Positions 31,478 to 41,265 of a DNA stretch of 64,000 bases are shown piece by piece. Each line of letters starts with the position of its first letter. The first letter of the stretch is position 1. The translations under genes were made by a program, and so were the position numbers. The stretch comes from Myxococcota bacterium. GTDB lineage: Bacteria; Myxococcota_A; Polyangia; Nannocystales; Nannocystaceae. The DNA is taken from the NCBI GenBank assembly GCA_039028615.1, contig JBCCHT010000006.1, positions 160,001 to 224,000 of the forward strand, given 5' to 3'. Under the pieces are notes generated by a model. It saw only the letters and a list, made by a program, of their open reading frames with translations, did no database searches and was not told the DNA's origin.

Positions 31478-34400
31478 ATGCAGTACAGGCGGCTCGCCAT
31501 GCTTCGCCGTCGCAGCGCCGTCGCCCTGCTCCTGACCCAAGCCCTCGCGTGCCAACCGGTACAGACGTCGGGCGGGGGGGCAGAACCCGCCTCCCCCGAC
31601 ACGCCCTTCGTCGCCTCACCCGGCCGTAGTGAAGGTCTGGTCTTCCCGCCCGCCTCGGAGGCCAACCCTCGCCGGAAGCTGCCTCGCGGCATCGCCAAGG
31701 CCGAAGCCGAGGCCAGCGACCGGAGCACCCGCGTCGAGTGGCCCGAGCTCGACGGCGCCGGCAAGTTCGAAATCGTCGGTCAGACGCTGTACATCCACTT
31801 CAATCGCTCGATTAAGCCGCCGCCCAAAGACGAGCCCGCTCTCACCATCGAGCCGGCCGTCGACGGCGAGATCTCGTGGTCGAATCCCTGGGTCCTGGCC
31901 TTTCGCGCCGAGGCTCCGTTTGATCCGGAGACCGAATATACGGTGGCGCTGGGCGACCTCCACGACGTCGAAGGCGAGCCGGCGGCGGAAGGGTGGACGG
32001 GCGTGTTCACGGCGGAACCGCGAGTGCACATCGCGGGCAAGGTCATCAGCTACCTGCCCGAGGCCGGCGCCCCCCAAATGGTGACGGTCCGACCGCACGA
32101 GGGCCCGCAGGTCGGCCCCGCAGTGGCGCCCGAGGTGCTCTTCGATCAGCCGGTGACCTTGGCGCAGGCCAAGACCCAGCTCGAAGGCGAGGTCGACGGC
32201 AAGCCCTGCGAAATCACCCTGGCTCACCCGGAAAAGGACCTCTTCGACGGCGCCGCCGTCGACCGGGAGCACGTGGTGATCGCCCGCCCCGCCAAGGCGC
32301 TCGATGCCGGCTCGTCGCTGGTGCTGCGCGTGAGCGAGCCCGACGGCTCCGACGATGTCGAGTTCGCGTACGAGGTCGCCGAGCCCCTCGCCTTCGAGAA
32401 GATCGAGTGCGAGGAGGACTACTGGCGCGACGACACCTGCACGTGGAAGGACCAGGTCCTGTCCACGCAAGGCGAGCGCGTCAAGGTTCGCTTCAACAAC
32501 CCCATCGGCACCAGCGACAAGGCCCTCGGGCGCAAGCTGAAGGTGAGCCCTCGGGTCGACGAGCTACGGATCCAGCGCGACCCCTGGGCCAGCGACGGCA
32601 CGGTCTGGATCTCGGGTCGCTTCAAGCCCTCGACCACCTACCGGGTCGAGCTCGGCCGGGTCAAAGACCGCTTCGGCTCGCGCAGCGCCGCGCCGCTGAA
32701 GTTCGAGGTCGACGTGGCCCCCATGGCGTCGAGCGTCTCGATGCCCGAGGGTCAGCAGGTCCTCGACGAGGCCGCCAGCCGCACCTTTGCCATCACCACC
32801 CGCAACGTGAAGGAAGCCCGCCTCGACCTGTGGGAGGTCGAGCCCAACGCACGGGCGTGGACCGAGGCGCGTCAGCGCGTCAGCGCCCGCGAGCGCCCCA
32901 TCTCCGCCCCGGACCTGAGCATCCCCGTGCGCCCTCGAAGCCGACGCGACAAGCCGGTCACCACCCGCCTCGACCTGCTCGACTCGTTGGCGCCCGGCAA
33001 GACCTACCTCGCGCGCCTCGAGCTCGGCCACGCCGCATTCGGAGCACCGCCGCCCGCCTATCCCGAGTGGGCGATGGCGGCTCGGCCCTCGACCGCTCTC
33101 ATCACCCCCCACGACGACCGAGCGCTGGCCGTGCACGTGCACGAAGGCACCGACAAGACGCTAATCCAGGTCGCGCGGCTCGGCGACGGCAGTCCGGTCC
33201 GCGGCGCGCAGGTGCTGGTCGACGGGACCCGGCAGCCGGGGATCAAGACCAACGCCGATGGTGTCGCCGTGCTGAAGCGACCGCTCGACGCGGACACCGC
33301 TCGACGCGTGCACGTGGTCGAGGTCGAGTCCGACGATCGCCGCGCCGTGCTGGCCCTGGGTGTCGGCTCGCTCGACGAGCGTGAGCTCGCCCCGGAGCTG
33401 GCCGGCACGCCCGCCCCGCTCGAGGATATCCGCGCCCTGCTGTTCAGCGACCGCGGCGTGTACCGCCCCGGCGCCACCGTGGAGCTCAAGGGCATCGTCC
33501 AGTTCCGCAAGAAGGGCCGCCTCCACCCCGCCCCCGCCATGCCGGTCGGGATGCGCATCCACTCCCCCACGGGCAAGGAGGTCTTCGCCGAAGCCAGCGT
33601 GACCTCGACCATGGGCAGCACGGTGGACAGCTTCTCGGTCCCCGCCAACGCCGAGATCGGCCGCTACCGCGTCGAGCTGGTCGCCCCGCTCCGCGCCAAC
33701 GCGGTCATCGCCCGCTACGGCATACAGGTCGCCGAGTTCGAGCCCCCGCGCTTCACCGTCGACGTGGAGACCAAGGCGGCCGAGAGCGGCAAAAAGCTCG
33801 AGGGCACCGTCAACGGCCGCTACCTGTTCGGCGCGGTGATGGAAGACGCGCCCGTGACCTGGACGCTCCGCCGCAGCCCCGCCGCCATGCCCAAGGGTCC
33901 GCTGCCGAGCAAGGGCTTCGTGTTCCGCCCCGTCCGCAGCTACTGGGAGGACGACGACACCGAGGCGTGGGTCCGCGTGGGTGAAGGCCAGCTCGACGCT
34001 CGCGGCCTGCTCGCGGTGACCCCCGCCGTGGAGCTGCCCGCCGACCAGGGCCCGCAGCGCTTCGTGCTCGAGGCCGAGGTCACCGACGAGTCTCACCGTG
34101 CCATCGCCAGCCGCAGCTCGGTGGTCATGCACCCCTCCGAGCGCTACGCCGGCATCAAGCTCGCCGAGCGCTGGCTCGACGTCGGCACTGCGATTCCCAT
34201 GGAAGCCGGCGTCGTCGACCAGAGCGGCGCCACGGTGAGCGGCGTGCCCGTGGAGCTGAGGCTCGAGCACCTCGAGTGGAAGCGCGTGCGCAAGCCCGGC
34301 CCCGGCGGCGCCGCCAGCCAGCGCTGGCACCAGGTCTCCGAAGAGGTCGCGCGCTGCACCACCAAGGGCGCCGACACCTCGGCGTGCTCGCTGGTGCCCA

Positions 34401-37216
34401 AGCGCTCGGGCACCTACCGCGTCAGCGCGTGGCTCGACGGGCGCCGAGGCGGCTCGATGCGCGTCTGGGCCTGGGGCCGCGGCTCCACCACCGCCGCGCC
34501 GTCCCCCGGGCGGCGGCTCGAGATCATCGCCGACCGCAGCGGCTACGAGCCCGGCGACACGGCCGAGCTGATGGTCCGCAACCCCTTCCCCGCGGCCACC
34601 GCGATCCTCACCGTGGAGCAGGGCGGCATCCTGCACCACGAGACGCGGCAGGTGACCGAGTCCGCGGTGCGCTTCGACGTGAAGCTGGGCAACGAGCATG
34701 CCCCGCACGCCCACGCCACCGTGACCCTGCTGCCGCGAGACGCCAAGGACGACGCCCGCGTCGACTGGAAGATCGGCGCGGTGCGGTTGCCCGTCGACCT
34801 GAGCGACAACCGGCTCGACGTCACCATCGCCAGCGACCAAGACCGCTACGCCCCCGGTGACTCGGTAGACATCGTGATCGACGTCAGCCAGTCCGGCACC
34901 GCCATCGAGGGGGCCGAGGTCGCGCTGGCCGTGGTGGACGAAGGCGTCCTGCGCATGACCAACTTCCACGCGCCCGATCCCGTCTCCGCCCTCTACCCGG
35001 GGCAGGGCCTCAACTTCCGCGTGGACGACAGCCGTCGCCTGCTCGCCGAGCAGCTCGGCCGCAGCCATGTCGCGGGTGACGGCAGCGGAGCCGGAAGCCA
35101 CAGCGTGGTCTCCACCCGCAAGAACTTCGTCAAGACCGCCCTGTGGAAGCCGCAGCTGCGGACCGACGCGGACGGCCGGGCCCACGCTCGCTTCACCTTG
35201 CCCGACAACCTCACCCGCTTCCGCATGATGGCGGTGGTGGTCGACACCGAGGGTCGCGGTGGCGTCGACGAGGACGACTTCGAGGTCCAAAAGCCCCTCA
35301 TGGCCATCCCCGCCGTGCCGCGCTTCGCCCTCATCGGCGACAAGTTCGAGGCCGCCGTGCTGGTGCACAACAACCAGGAGACGACCCAGACCGCGGCGGT
35401 GTCCGAGGGCGGGATGACCAAGACCGTCGAGATCGCCGCGGGCGGCCGGGCGCGCGTGCCCTTCGAGCTGTCCTTCTCCAAGGGCGGCACGAAGCTCCTG
35501 CACTTCACCGTCGCCGACGCCGAGGGCACGGTCCGCGACGCCGTCCAGGTGAAGGTGCCCGTCCAGGCCCCCGGCATCGACGAGCGCCCCAATCTGCACG
35601 GCACCTTCCTCGGGAGCCAGGAGGTCACCCTCCGGGTCCCCGAGAAGGTCTTCGCCGACGCGACCGGGGACGACTTCGTCACCGTCACCATGGGCGAGAA
35701 CCTGTGGCCGGAGCTGGGCACTCGCCTGCAGTACCTGCTCGGCTACCCCCACGGCTGCGTCGAGCAGACCACCTCGAGCACGCTGCCGCTGCTGGCCGCG
35801 CGCGAGATTCTGCCGCGCCTGGGCATGACCCCCTACGACGACGACGAGCTGCGCAAGATGATCGAAGCGGGCGTCGTGCGACTGTCCACCATGCGGACCA
35901 GCGCGGGCGGCCTCGCCTACTGGCCGGGCGGACACGAGCCCAACCCCTTCGGCACCGCCTACGCCACCCTGGCCATCGCCCGCGCCCAGGAGCTGGGCAT
36001 CGAGGCCCCCGAGGGCATGGTCGACGGCATGCGCGACTACATGCTGAGCATGCTCGAGAGCGACTCGTTGCCCCATGGCTACGGGGTCGAGGTCCGTGCC
36101 TCCTTGGCGCTGGCGCTCGCCGAGCTCGAGGCCCTGCCGCCCGAGCGCGCCGACTCGCTGTGGGACACCGTGCCCGCGCAAGGAGCCTTCGGCGTCGGCA
36201 CCCTGGCCCTCGCCCTGTCGACGCTGCCCGGACAAGAGGACCGCGTCGAGAGCCTGCTCGACCAGCTCGAGGCCTCGTTCGGTGACGACGGGACCCTCCG
36301 CTCCGAGCGCAAGGACGACGACTTCCTCTACTTCGGTTCCGATCGTCGCACCACGGCGCAGGCCTTGATCGCCTTGCACCGCCTGCGCCCGCAGTCGCGG
36401 GTCGTGCCCCACCTCGTGGGCAACCTCGTCCGCATGACGCCGGGCTACACCACCCAGAGCACCGCGTACTCGCTGCTCGCCCTGGCCGAGAAGATCCAGG
36501 ACGAGGACGGCACCGCGTCTCGTCAGCGGGCCCTGCTCGACGGCGAGGTGCTCACCCCCGAGGTCTCGGGCGCCATGGCGCTGGGCCCCAACATCCGTCG
36601 CTATCGGATCCCGCTGTCGAAGCTGCGCGGGCGCTCGATGACCCTGACCCTGCAGAGCGAGTCCACCCGTGCCCAGGCCTTCATGGTCTCGGCCCGCTGG
36701 CGCCGAGCCGGCGCGGGTACGGAGACGCTCGCCGAGACCACCAGCGAGCACGGCCCCGACCTGTACCGCGTGTACACCGATGCCAAGGGGCGCTCCATCG
36801 ACCCCACCGCCATCGAGCCGGGACAGGTCCTGCGGGTGGTGTTGCTCGCCCGCATGCCGCGGGACCTGCCGAGTGAGCGACGCGGCTACCTGGCCCTGAC
36901 CGATCGGATCCCCGCCGGATTCGAAGCCATGCAACCCGACCTGTGGACGGTGGCCACCGTGCCCGAGCTCGACGACTCGCACCCGCTGTACGACCACCTG
37001 CGGTGGCGCGGAGGCTCAGCGGACCACCTCGAGCTGCGGGACGACCGAGCCCACTTCTACTTCGACCGTGTCTGGGGACAGTGGGCGCATGCCACCTACC
37101 TCATCCGCGCGACCACGCCGGGCATCTTCGCCACGCCGCCGGCCATGGCGGAGCTGATGTACGAGCCGGACAGCGCTGGCTACACCGACGCTCGCAACTT
37201 CACCGTCGTCCAGTAA
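31478..37216 (+). CDS. Bacterial alpha-2-macroglobulin (lipoprotein)
   Basis: Lipobox ALAC. SDRGVYRPG, LAVVDEGVL, LPDNLTRFR, thioester motif YPHGCVEQT, DRIPAGFE, ATTPG...AELMY. Confidence 0.95.
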   Translation: MQYRRLAMLRRRSAVALLLTQALACQPVQTSGGGAEPASPDTPFVASPGRSEGLVFPPASEANPRRKLPRGIAKAEAEASDRSTRVEWPELDGAGKFEIVGQTLYIHFNRSIKPPPKDEPALTIEPAVDGEISWSNPWVLAFRAEAPFDPETEYTVALGDLHDVEGEPAAEGWTGVFTAEPRVHIAGKVISYLPEAGAPQMVTVRPHEGPQVGPAVAPEVLFDQPVTLAQAKTQLEGEVDGKPCEITLAHPEKDLFDGAAVDREHVVIARPAKALDAGSSLVLRVSEPDGSDDVEFAYEVAEPLAFEKIECEEDYWRDDTCTWKDQVLSTQGERVKVRFNNPIGTSDKALGRKLKVSPRVDELRIQRDPWASDGTVWISGRFKPSTTYRVELGRVKDRFGSRSAAPLKFEVDVAPMASSVSMPEGQQVLDEAASRTFAITTRNVKEARLDLWEVEPNARAWTEARQRVSARERPISAPDLSIPVRPRSRRDKPVTTRLDLLDSLAPGKTYLARLELGHAAFGAPPPAYPEWAMAARPSTALITPHDDRALAVHVHEGTDKTLIQVARLGDGSPVRGAQVLVDGTRQPGIKTNADGVAVLKRPLDADTARRVHVVEVESDDRRAVLALGVGSLDERELAPELAGTPAPLEDIRALLFSDRGVYRPGATVELKGIVQFRKKGRLHPAPAMPVGMRIHSPTGKEVFAEASVTSTMGSTVDSFSVPANAEIGRYRVELVAPLRANAVIARYGIQVAEFEPPRFTVDVETKAAESGKKLEGTVNGRYLFGAVMEDAPVTWTLRRSPAAMPKGPLPSKGFVFRPVRSYWEDDDTEAWVRVGEGQLDARGLLAVTPAVELPADQGPQRFVLEAEVTDESHRAIASRSSVVMHPSERYAGIKLAERWLDVGTAIPMEAGVVDQSGATVSGVPVELRLEHLEWKRVRKPGPGGAASQRWHQVSEEVARCTTKGADTSACSLVPKRSGTYRVSAWLDGRRGGSMRVWAWGRGSTTAAPSPGRRLEIIADRSGYEPGDTAELMVRNPFPAATAILTVEQGGILHHETRQVTESAVRFDVKLGNEHAPHAHATVTLLPRDAKDDARVDWKIGAVRLPVDLSDNRLDVTIASDQDRYAPGDSVDIVIDVSQSGTAIEGAEVALAVVDEGVLRMTNFHAPDPVSALYPGQGLNFRVDDSRRLLAEQLGRSHVAGDGSGAGSHSVVSTRKNFVKTALWKPQLRTDADGRAHARFTLPDNLTRFRMMAVVVDTEGRGGVDEDDFEVQKPLMAIPAVPRFALIGDKFEAAVLVHNNQETTQTAAVSEGGMTKTVEIAAGGRARVPFELSFSKGGTKLLHFTVADAEGTVRDAVQVKVPVQAPGIDERPNLHGTFLGSQEVTLRVPEKVFADATGDDFVTVTMGENLWPELGTRLQYLLGYPHGCVEQTTSSTLPLLAAREILPRLGMTPYDDDELRKMIEAGVVRLSTMRTSAGGLAYWPGGHEPNPFGTAYATLAIARAQELGIEAPEGMVDGMRDYMLSMLESDSLPHGYGVEVRASLALALAELEALPPERADSLWDTVPAQGAFGVGTLALALSTLPGQEDRVESLLDQLEASFGDDGTLRSERKDDDFLYFGSDRRTTAQALIALHRLRPQSRVVPHLVGNLVRMTPGYTTQSTAYSLLALAEKIQDEDGTASRQRALLDGEVLTPEVSGAMALGPNIRRYRIPLSKLRGRSMTLTLQSESTRAQAFMVSARWRRAGAGTETLAETTSEHGPDLYRVYTDAKGRSIDPTAIEPGQVLRVVLLARMPRDLPSERRGYLALTDRIPAGFEAMQPDLWTVATVPELDDSHPLYDHLRWRGGSADHLELRDDRAHFYFDRVWGQWAHATYLIRATTPGIFATPPAMAELMYEPDSAGYTDARNFTVVQ

Positions 37217-37248
37217 GCCCCGCTCGACCAAAAACCGGAGACCACGTC

Positions 37249-39696
37249 ATGGACCGCCGATCCCCGACCCCCCCGAAGCGCACTCGACCTCGCCGCCGCC
37301 GTCGGATCGTCGTCGTCGCGCTCGGCCTGCTGGTGACCGTGGCGTGGATCTCCTGGGCGGCCATGTGGTCGTGGCTCCGCAGCGAGGTCGACCGCCCGCG
37401 CGAGTCGCTGAACGACGACTGGTACTCCGGGCACCGGGTCCTCGACCGCGAGGGCCGGCTGCTCCGCGAGCTGCCCGGTGAAGAGGGTCGACGCGGGCAG
37501 CCGCTCGCGCTCGACGAGGTCGGACCGCGACTCATCGCCGCCACCGTGGTCAGCGAGGACGCGCGCTTCTTCGAGCACGAGGGCGTCGACGGCGGGGCCA
37601 TCGTGCGGGCGGTGGGACAGAACCTTCGGCATCGGCGCGTCGTCTCGGGCGCGAGCACCATCACCCAGCAGCTCGTCAAACTCCTGGATACCCGCGGTCA
37701 GCCCGGCGTCCGCGATCCGTGGGTCAAGCTGCGCGAGGCGGCCCGGGCTGCCAACCTCGACGAGGCGCTCGCCAAAGAAGAAATCCTCGAAGCCTATCTC
37801 AATCGCCTTCCCTACGGCCATGGGCTCGTGGGGCCCGAGGCTGCCGCACGAGGCTACTTCGGCGTGGCCGCCCGCGACCTGTCGTGGAGTCAGGCTGCGT
37901 TCCTCGCCGTGCTGCCGCGCGCCCCCTCGTTCCTCGATCCCTATCGTCACCACGACCGCGTCACCTTGCGGCAGCACGCCCTGCTGCACGCTCTGCACAA
38001 CGCCGGTGAAATCGATGAGCCGCAGCTGCACCGTGCTCTGGCGGAGGCCGTCAAACCGCGTGAGCTCGAGCGTCCTTTTTCCGCTCCGCACCTGGTGGAG
38101 ACCCTGCGCCAGCGCGGTCAGCTGAGCTCGGGCACCACCACGCGCACGACCCTCGACCTGCCGTTGCAGCAGGACGTCGAGGGGCTCGTTCGGACCCACA
38201 TGGCCCGCATGGTCGAGCACGGCGCGGGCGATGCCGCCGTGCTGGTCGTCGACAACGCCACCGCCGAAGTGCTCGCCTACGTCGGCTCAGCCGACTTCCA
38301 TGATCCCACCATCGCCGGCCAGGTCGACATGGTCGTCGCCCCGCGCCAGCCCGGCTCCACGCTCAAGCCCTTCGTCTACGCGCTGGCCTTCGAGCAGGGC
38401 CACTCGCCCGTCGAGCTTTTGGCCGACGTCCCCACCACCTTCCGCGAGGGGCCGGGGCACGTCTACGCCCCCCGCAACTACCACGGCCAATTCACCGGTC
38501 CCGTCTCCGCTCGCGTGGCCTTGGCGACCAGCCTCAACGTGCCCGCCGTGCGCCTCGCCGCCGATCTACCCCACGGCGAGCTGCTCGAGACGCTCCAGAG
38601 TCTGGGTCTGCACAGCCTGACCGAGCCCGCCGAGCACTACGGCCTCGCATTGGCCTTGGGCAGCGGCGAAGTCGGCCTCCGCGAGCTGACCGAGGCCTAT
38701 GTCGCGCTGGCGCATGGCGGTGAACATCGACCCCTGCGCACCATCCTCGACGCCTCGGAAGGCCCCCGCACGCAGGTCTTCGAGCCCTACGCCGCCGCGG
38801 CCATCACCGAGGCGCTGTCGGACCCGATGGCCCGCATTCGCCTGTTGCCCGCCGGCCATCGCCCCTTCGACATCGGCTTTCCCGTCGCGCTCAAGACCGG
38901 CACCAGCTCGGGCTACCGCGACGCCTGGACGGTCGGCTTCACCCACGAGCGTACCGTGGCGGTGTGGATCGGCAACGCCGATGCCACGGCCATGAACGAG
39001 GTCACGGGAGCGGGCGGAGCGGGTCCTTTGTTCGCCGACGTCATGCGGCGCGCCATGGAGACCGTGCCCACTCGCGAGCCGCTGTGGGACTCTTCGCTGC
39101 TGACGACGGTGGAGGTCTGCCCGTTCTCCGGCCAGCGCCCGGGGCCCGCCTGTCCGCATGCGGTTCAGCGCAAGCTTGCGCATGAGCACATTCCCCATGA
39201 GGCGTGCACGATGCATGTGCACGCGACGCCTCGCCCCTCGACCTCGCGGCCTTTCACCTGCGACCCCGAAGGGCATGCCTCCATCGCGGTGCTGCCCGAG
39301 GAGTACAACGGCTGGCTCGACGAGCGGCCGGTCGGGGCGCCGGGCGAGGATGCCAACGGCACGCCGTGGCTGGCTCGTGCGCGGGTTCCGGGCTGCGCCG
39401 AGCAGACCGATCGTCCGACGATGGCGATCGTGGAGCCCGTGAATGGGGCGGTGGTGTGGTCGGGGCGCGATGGTGATGTGGTCGAGTTGCGGGCGGAGCT
39501 TCAGGGGACGACTCGGGAGCCGGACACGGTTGTTTCGGAGGTCGAGTTTGTGGCCGATGGTGAGGTGGTGGCTCGGAGTGCTTGGCCGTATCGGGCGTTG
39601 GTGGAGTTGGGGCCTGGGGATCACCGGGTGGTGGCGCGGCCTCGTCGATCGCGGTCGGGCATGCCTACGCAGGGCGCTCGCTTTAGTGTTCGGTGA
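37249..39696 (+). CDS. pbpC: Penicillin-binding protein 1C (transglycosylase/transpeptidase)
   Basis: SEDARFFEHEGVD, SGASTITQQL, RQPGSTLKP (SxxK), SLN, KTGTS. Directly downstream of alpha-2-macroglobulin. GGAG precedes ATG 37249. Confidence 0.93.
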   Translation: MDRRSPTPPKRTRPRRRRRIVVVALGLLVTVAWISWAAMWSWLRSEVDRPRESLNDDWYSGHRVLDREGRLLRELPGEEGRRGQPLALDEVGPRLIAATVVSEDARFFEHEGVDGGAIVRAVGQNLRHRRVVSGASTITQQLVKLLDTRGQPGVRDPWVKLREAARAANLDEALAKEEILEAYLNRLPYGHGLVGPEAAARGYFGVAARDLSWSQAAFLAVLPRAPSFLDPYRHHDRVTLRQHALLHALHNAGEIDEPQLHRALAEAVKPRELERPFSAPHLVETLRQRGQLSSGTTTRTTLDLPLQQDVEGLVRTHMARMVEHGAGDAAVLVVDNATAEVLAYVGSADFHDPTIAGQVDMVVAPRQPGSTLKPFVYALAFEQGHSPVELLADVPTTFREGPGHVYAPRNYHGQFTGPVSARVALATSLNVPAVRLAADLPHGELLETLQSLGLHSLTEPAEHYGLALALGSGEVGLRELTEAYVALAHGGEHRPLRTILDASEGPRTQVFEPYAAAAITEALSDPMARIRLLPAGHRPFDIGFPVALKTGTSSGYRDAWTVGFTHERTVAVWIGNADATAMNEVTGAGGAGPLFADVMRRAMETVPTREPLWDSSLLTTVEVCPFSGQRPGPACPHAVQRKLAHEHIPHEACTMHVHATPRPSTSRPFTCDPEGHASIAVLPEEYNGWLDERPVGAPGEDANGTPWLARARVPGCAEQTDRPTMAIVEPVNGAVVWSGRDGDVVELRAELQGTTREPDTVVSEVEFVADGEVVARSAWPYRALVELGPGDHRVVARPRRSRSGMPTQGARFSVR

Positions 39697-39707
39697 TCGA
39701 GTTTAGT

Positions 39708-40465
39708 CCGCGTCATCTCGCGTGCGTACATCCGGTAGGCTCTGCTCTATCGATGGCTGGGAGTGCTTCGAGGCCGCCTGCACGTGTTTCGAGCGAAGGG
39801 CTCGCCTGTTGACGGCTGGATCCCTCCCCGGACGTGCTCGTCGGTCGTTGCACCCGGCTGTTTCGCGACCACATTGGGGAACGACTCCGCGCGACCGGGC
39901 CCCCTCCATCCTACGCGGCTTCGCTTCAGCCCTCCCCCCGCGTCGTCTCCCGTCCGTACAGCGATCAGTTCCTGCTCTATCGATTGCTAGGAATGCTCCG
40001 CATTGGCTTGCGAATGTTCGAGCGAAGGGCTCGCCTGTTGACGGCTGGACCCCTCCCCGGACGTGCTCGTCGGTCGTTGCACCCGGGTGCTTCGCGGCGG
40101 TACTGGGGAACGACTCCGCGCGACCGGGCCCCCTCCATCCTACGCGGCTTCGCTTCAGCCCTCCCCCTGCAGCACCTCCCGTGCGTGCACTCAGCAGTTC
40201 CTGCTCTATCGATGGCCAGGAGTGCTTCGCATTGGCTCGCGGAGTGTTCGAGCGAAGGGCTCGCCTGTTGACGGCTGGACCCCTCCCCGGACGTGCTCGT
40301 CGGTCGTTGCACTCGGCTGCTTCGCGGCCACTTGGGGAACGACTCCGCGCGACCGGGCCCCCTCGATCCTACGCGGCTTCGCTTCAGCCCTCCCCCCGCG
40401 TCGTCTCCCGTGCGAGCACACAACGAACCCAGCTCTGTCGAAGGCCAGGAGCCCTTCGCGTTGGC
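39708..40465 (+). repeat. Tandem array of a ~230-bp non-coding structured repeat (about 3.3 units)
   Basis: Anchor CTGCTCTATCGAT at 39742, 39972, 40201, with a degenerate copy at 40430. Core CGAAGGGCTCGCCTGTTGACGGCTGGA at 39794, 40023, 40253. Period 229-230 bp. Confidence 0.95.
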
Positions 40466-40686
40466 GCCGGCGGTCGGCAGAGGCTGTGGCTTGCAGCCAC
40501 TCTCCAGCTGTTCGTAGCCCGTTCTGCAGCCTGGCGGTTTGGAACGTTTGGGCGTTCCGTCTACGGCTACTGCGGCGAAAGTGATTTCCCTGGCATCAGG
40601 CCGAGTCACGTTGATCCCGGAGTTTTGGCCAGTGTTTCCTCGGCCGCATGGTGGGTCGTATCCTGTGGCCGCAGAGTTGTCTCTCG

Positions 40687-41169
40687 ATGAGTTCGTCGAC
40701 CTCCAAGCTCTACCTCGTGCCACCTCTGGAGCCCGGGAGTTTCGACTGGCAGATCTGGTTGACCGAAGACGAGGCGAACGATCCCTACGAGAAATCCGCT
40801 CATGTGAACGACGGCACCCGTTATCTCGTCGTTCTCGAGGGCATGGCACTGGCCGAGTGCACGGCCCACCACCTCTCGGAGGTGTACTTGTGGAGCGATG
40901 GTTCGGGGGACCACGACAACTACGTAGTCCTTCGCATCGAGGTCGTGCTGGACTCCGAGCGCTGGCAGACGCTGCCGTGGGGCCACCGTTCCCCGGGCGA
41001 GCTGTTCTACGGGTGGAGTCACTACGAGGACGAAATGATCCGCGACGACCCCGAAGGCATCGGTTGGAAAATGGCGAGCTGGGAAGAAGTCGAGCAAGCA
41101 CTCGCGGCCGGAGAATGCAGGCTGGAGTACTTCGACGGCCACCGACACCCGCCAAAGCCCCAAGCGTGA
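40687..41169 (+). CDS. Orphan hypothetical protein (160 aa, acidic, Trp-rich) between the inverted repeat arrays
   Basis: Protein-like composition (MSSSTSKLYLVPPLEPGSFDWQIWL...), unlike the Arg/Pro-rich shadow ORFs. Start could be 40648 or 40687. Confidence 0.7.
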   Translation: MSSSTSKLYLVPPLEPGSFDWQIWLTEDEANDPYEKSAHVNDGTRYLVVLEGMALAECTAHHLSEVYLWSDGSGDHDNYVVLRIEVVLDSERWQTLPWGHRSPGELFYGWSHYEDEMIRDDPEGIGWKMASWEEVEQALAAGECRLEYFDGHRHPPKPQA

Positions 41170-41265
41170 ACATCAGCTGGACAGGACCACATCGTTCCTC
41201 ATGGTAAGAACTCCCCTGTCACAACTCGTTACACAGACCTTCTCGCCCAGCCCCAAACTACGCTT

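Noticed and set aside
33161..36997. Long antisense ORFs (33161..36997, 3702..6053, 11431..13689, 19471..21606, 45902..48673, 53352..55781 and others)
   Set aside because: Stop-poor antisense frames of high-GC genes. They have no motifs, and the opposite strand carries recognisable proteins.
39722..40690. ORFs across the repeat arrays (e.g. 39722..40690, 39977..41173, 41265..41669)
   Set aside because: The same peptides recur in shifting frames because the period is 229-230 bp, and there is no codon bias. These are translations of non-coding repeats.
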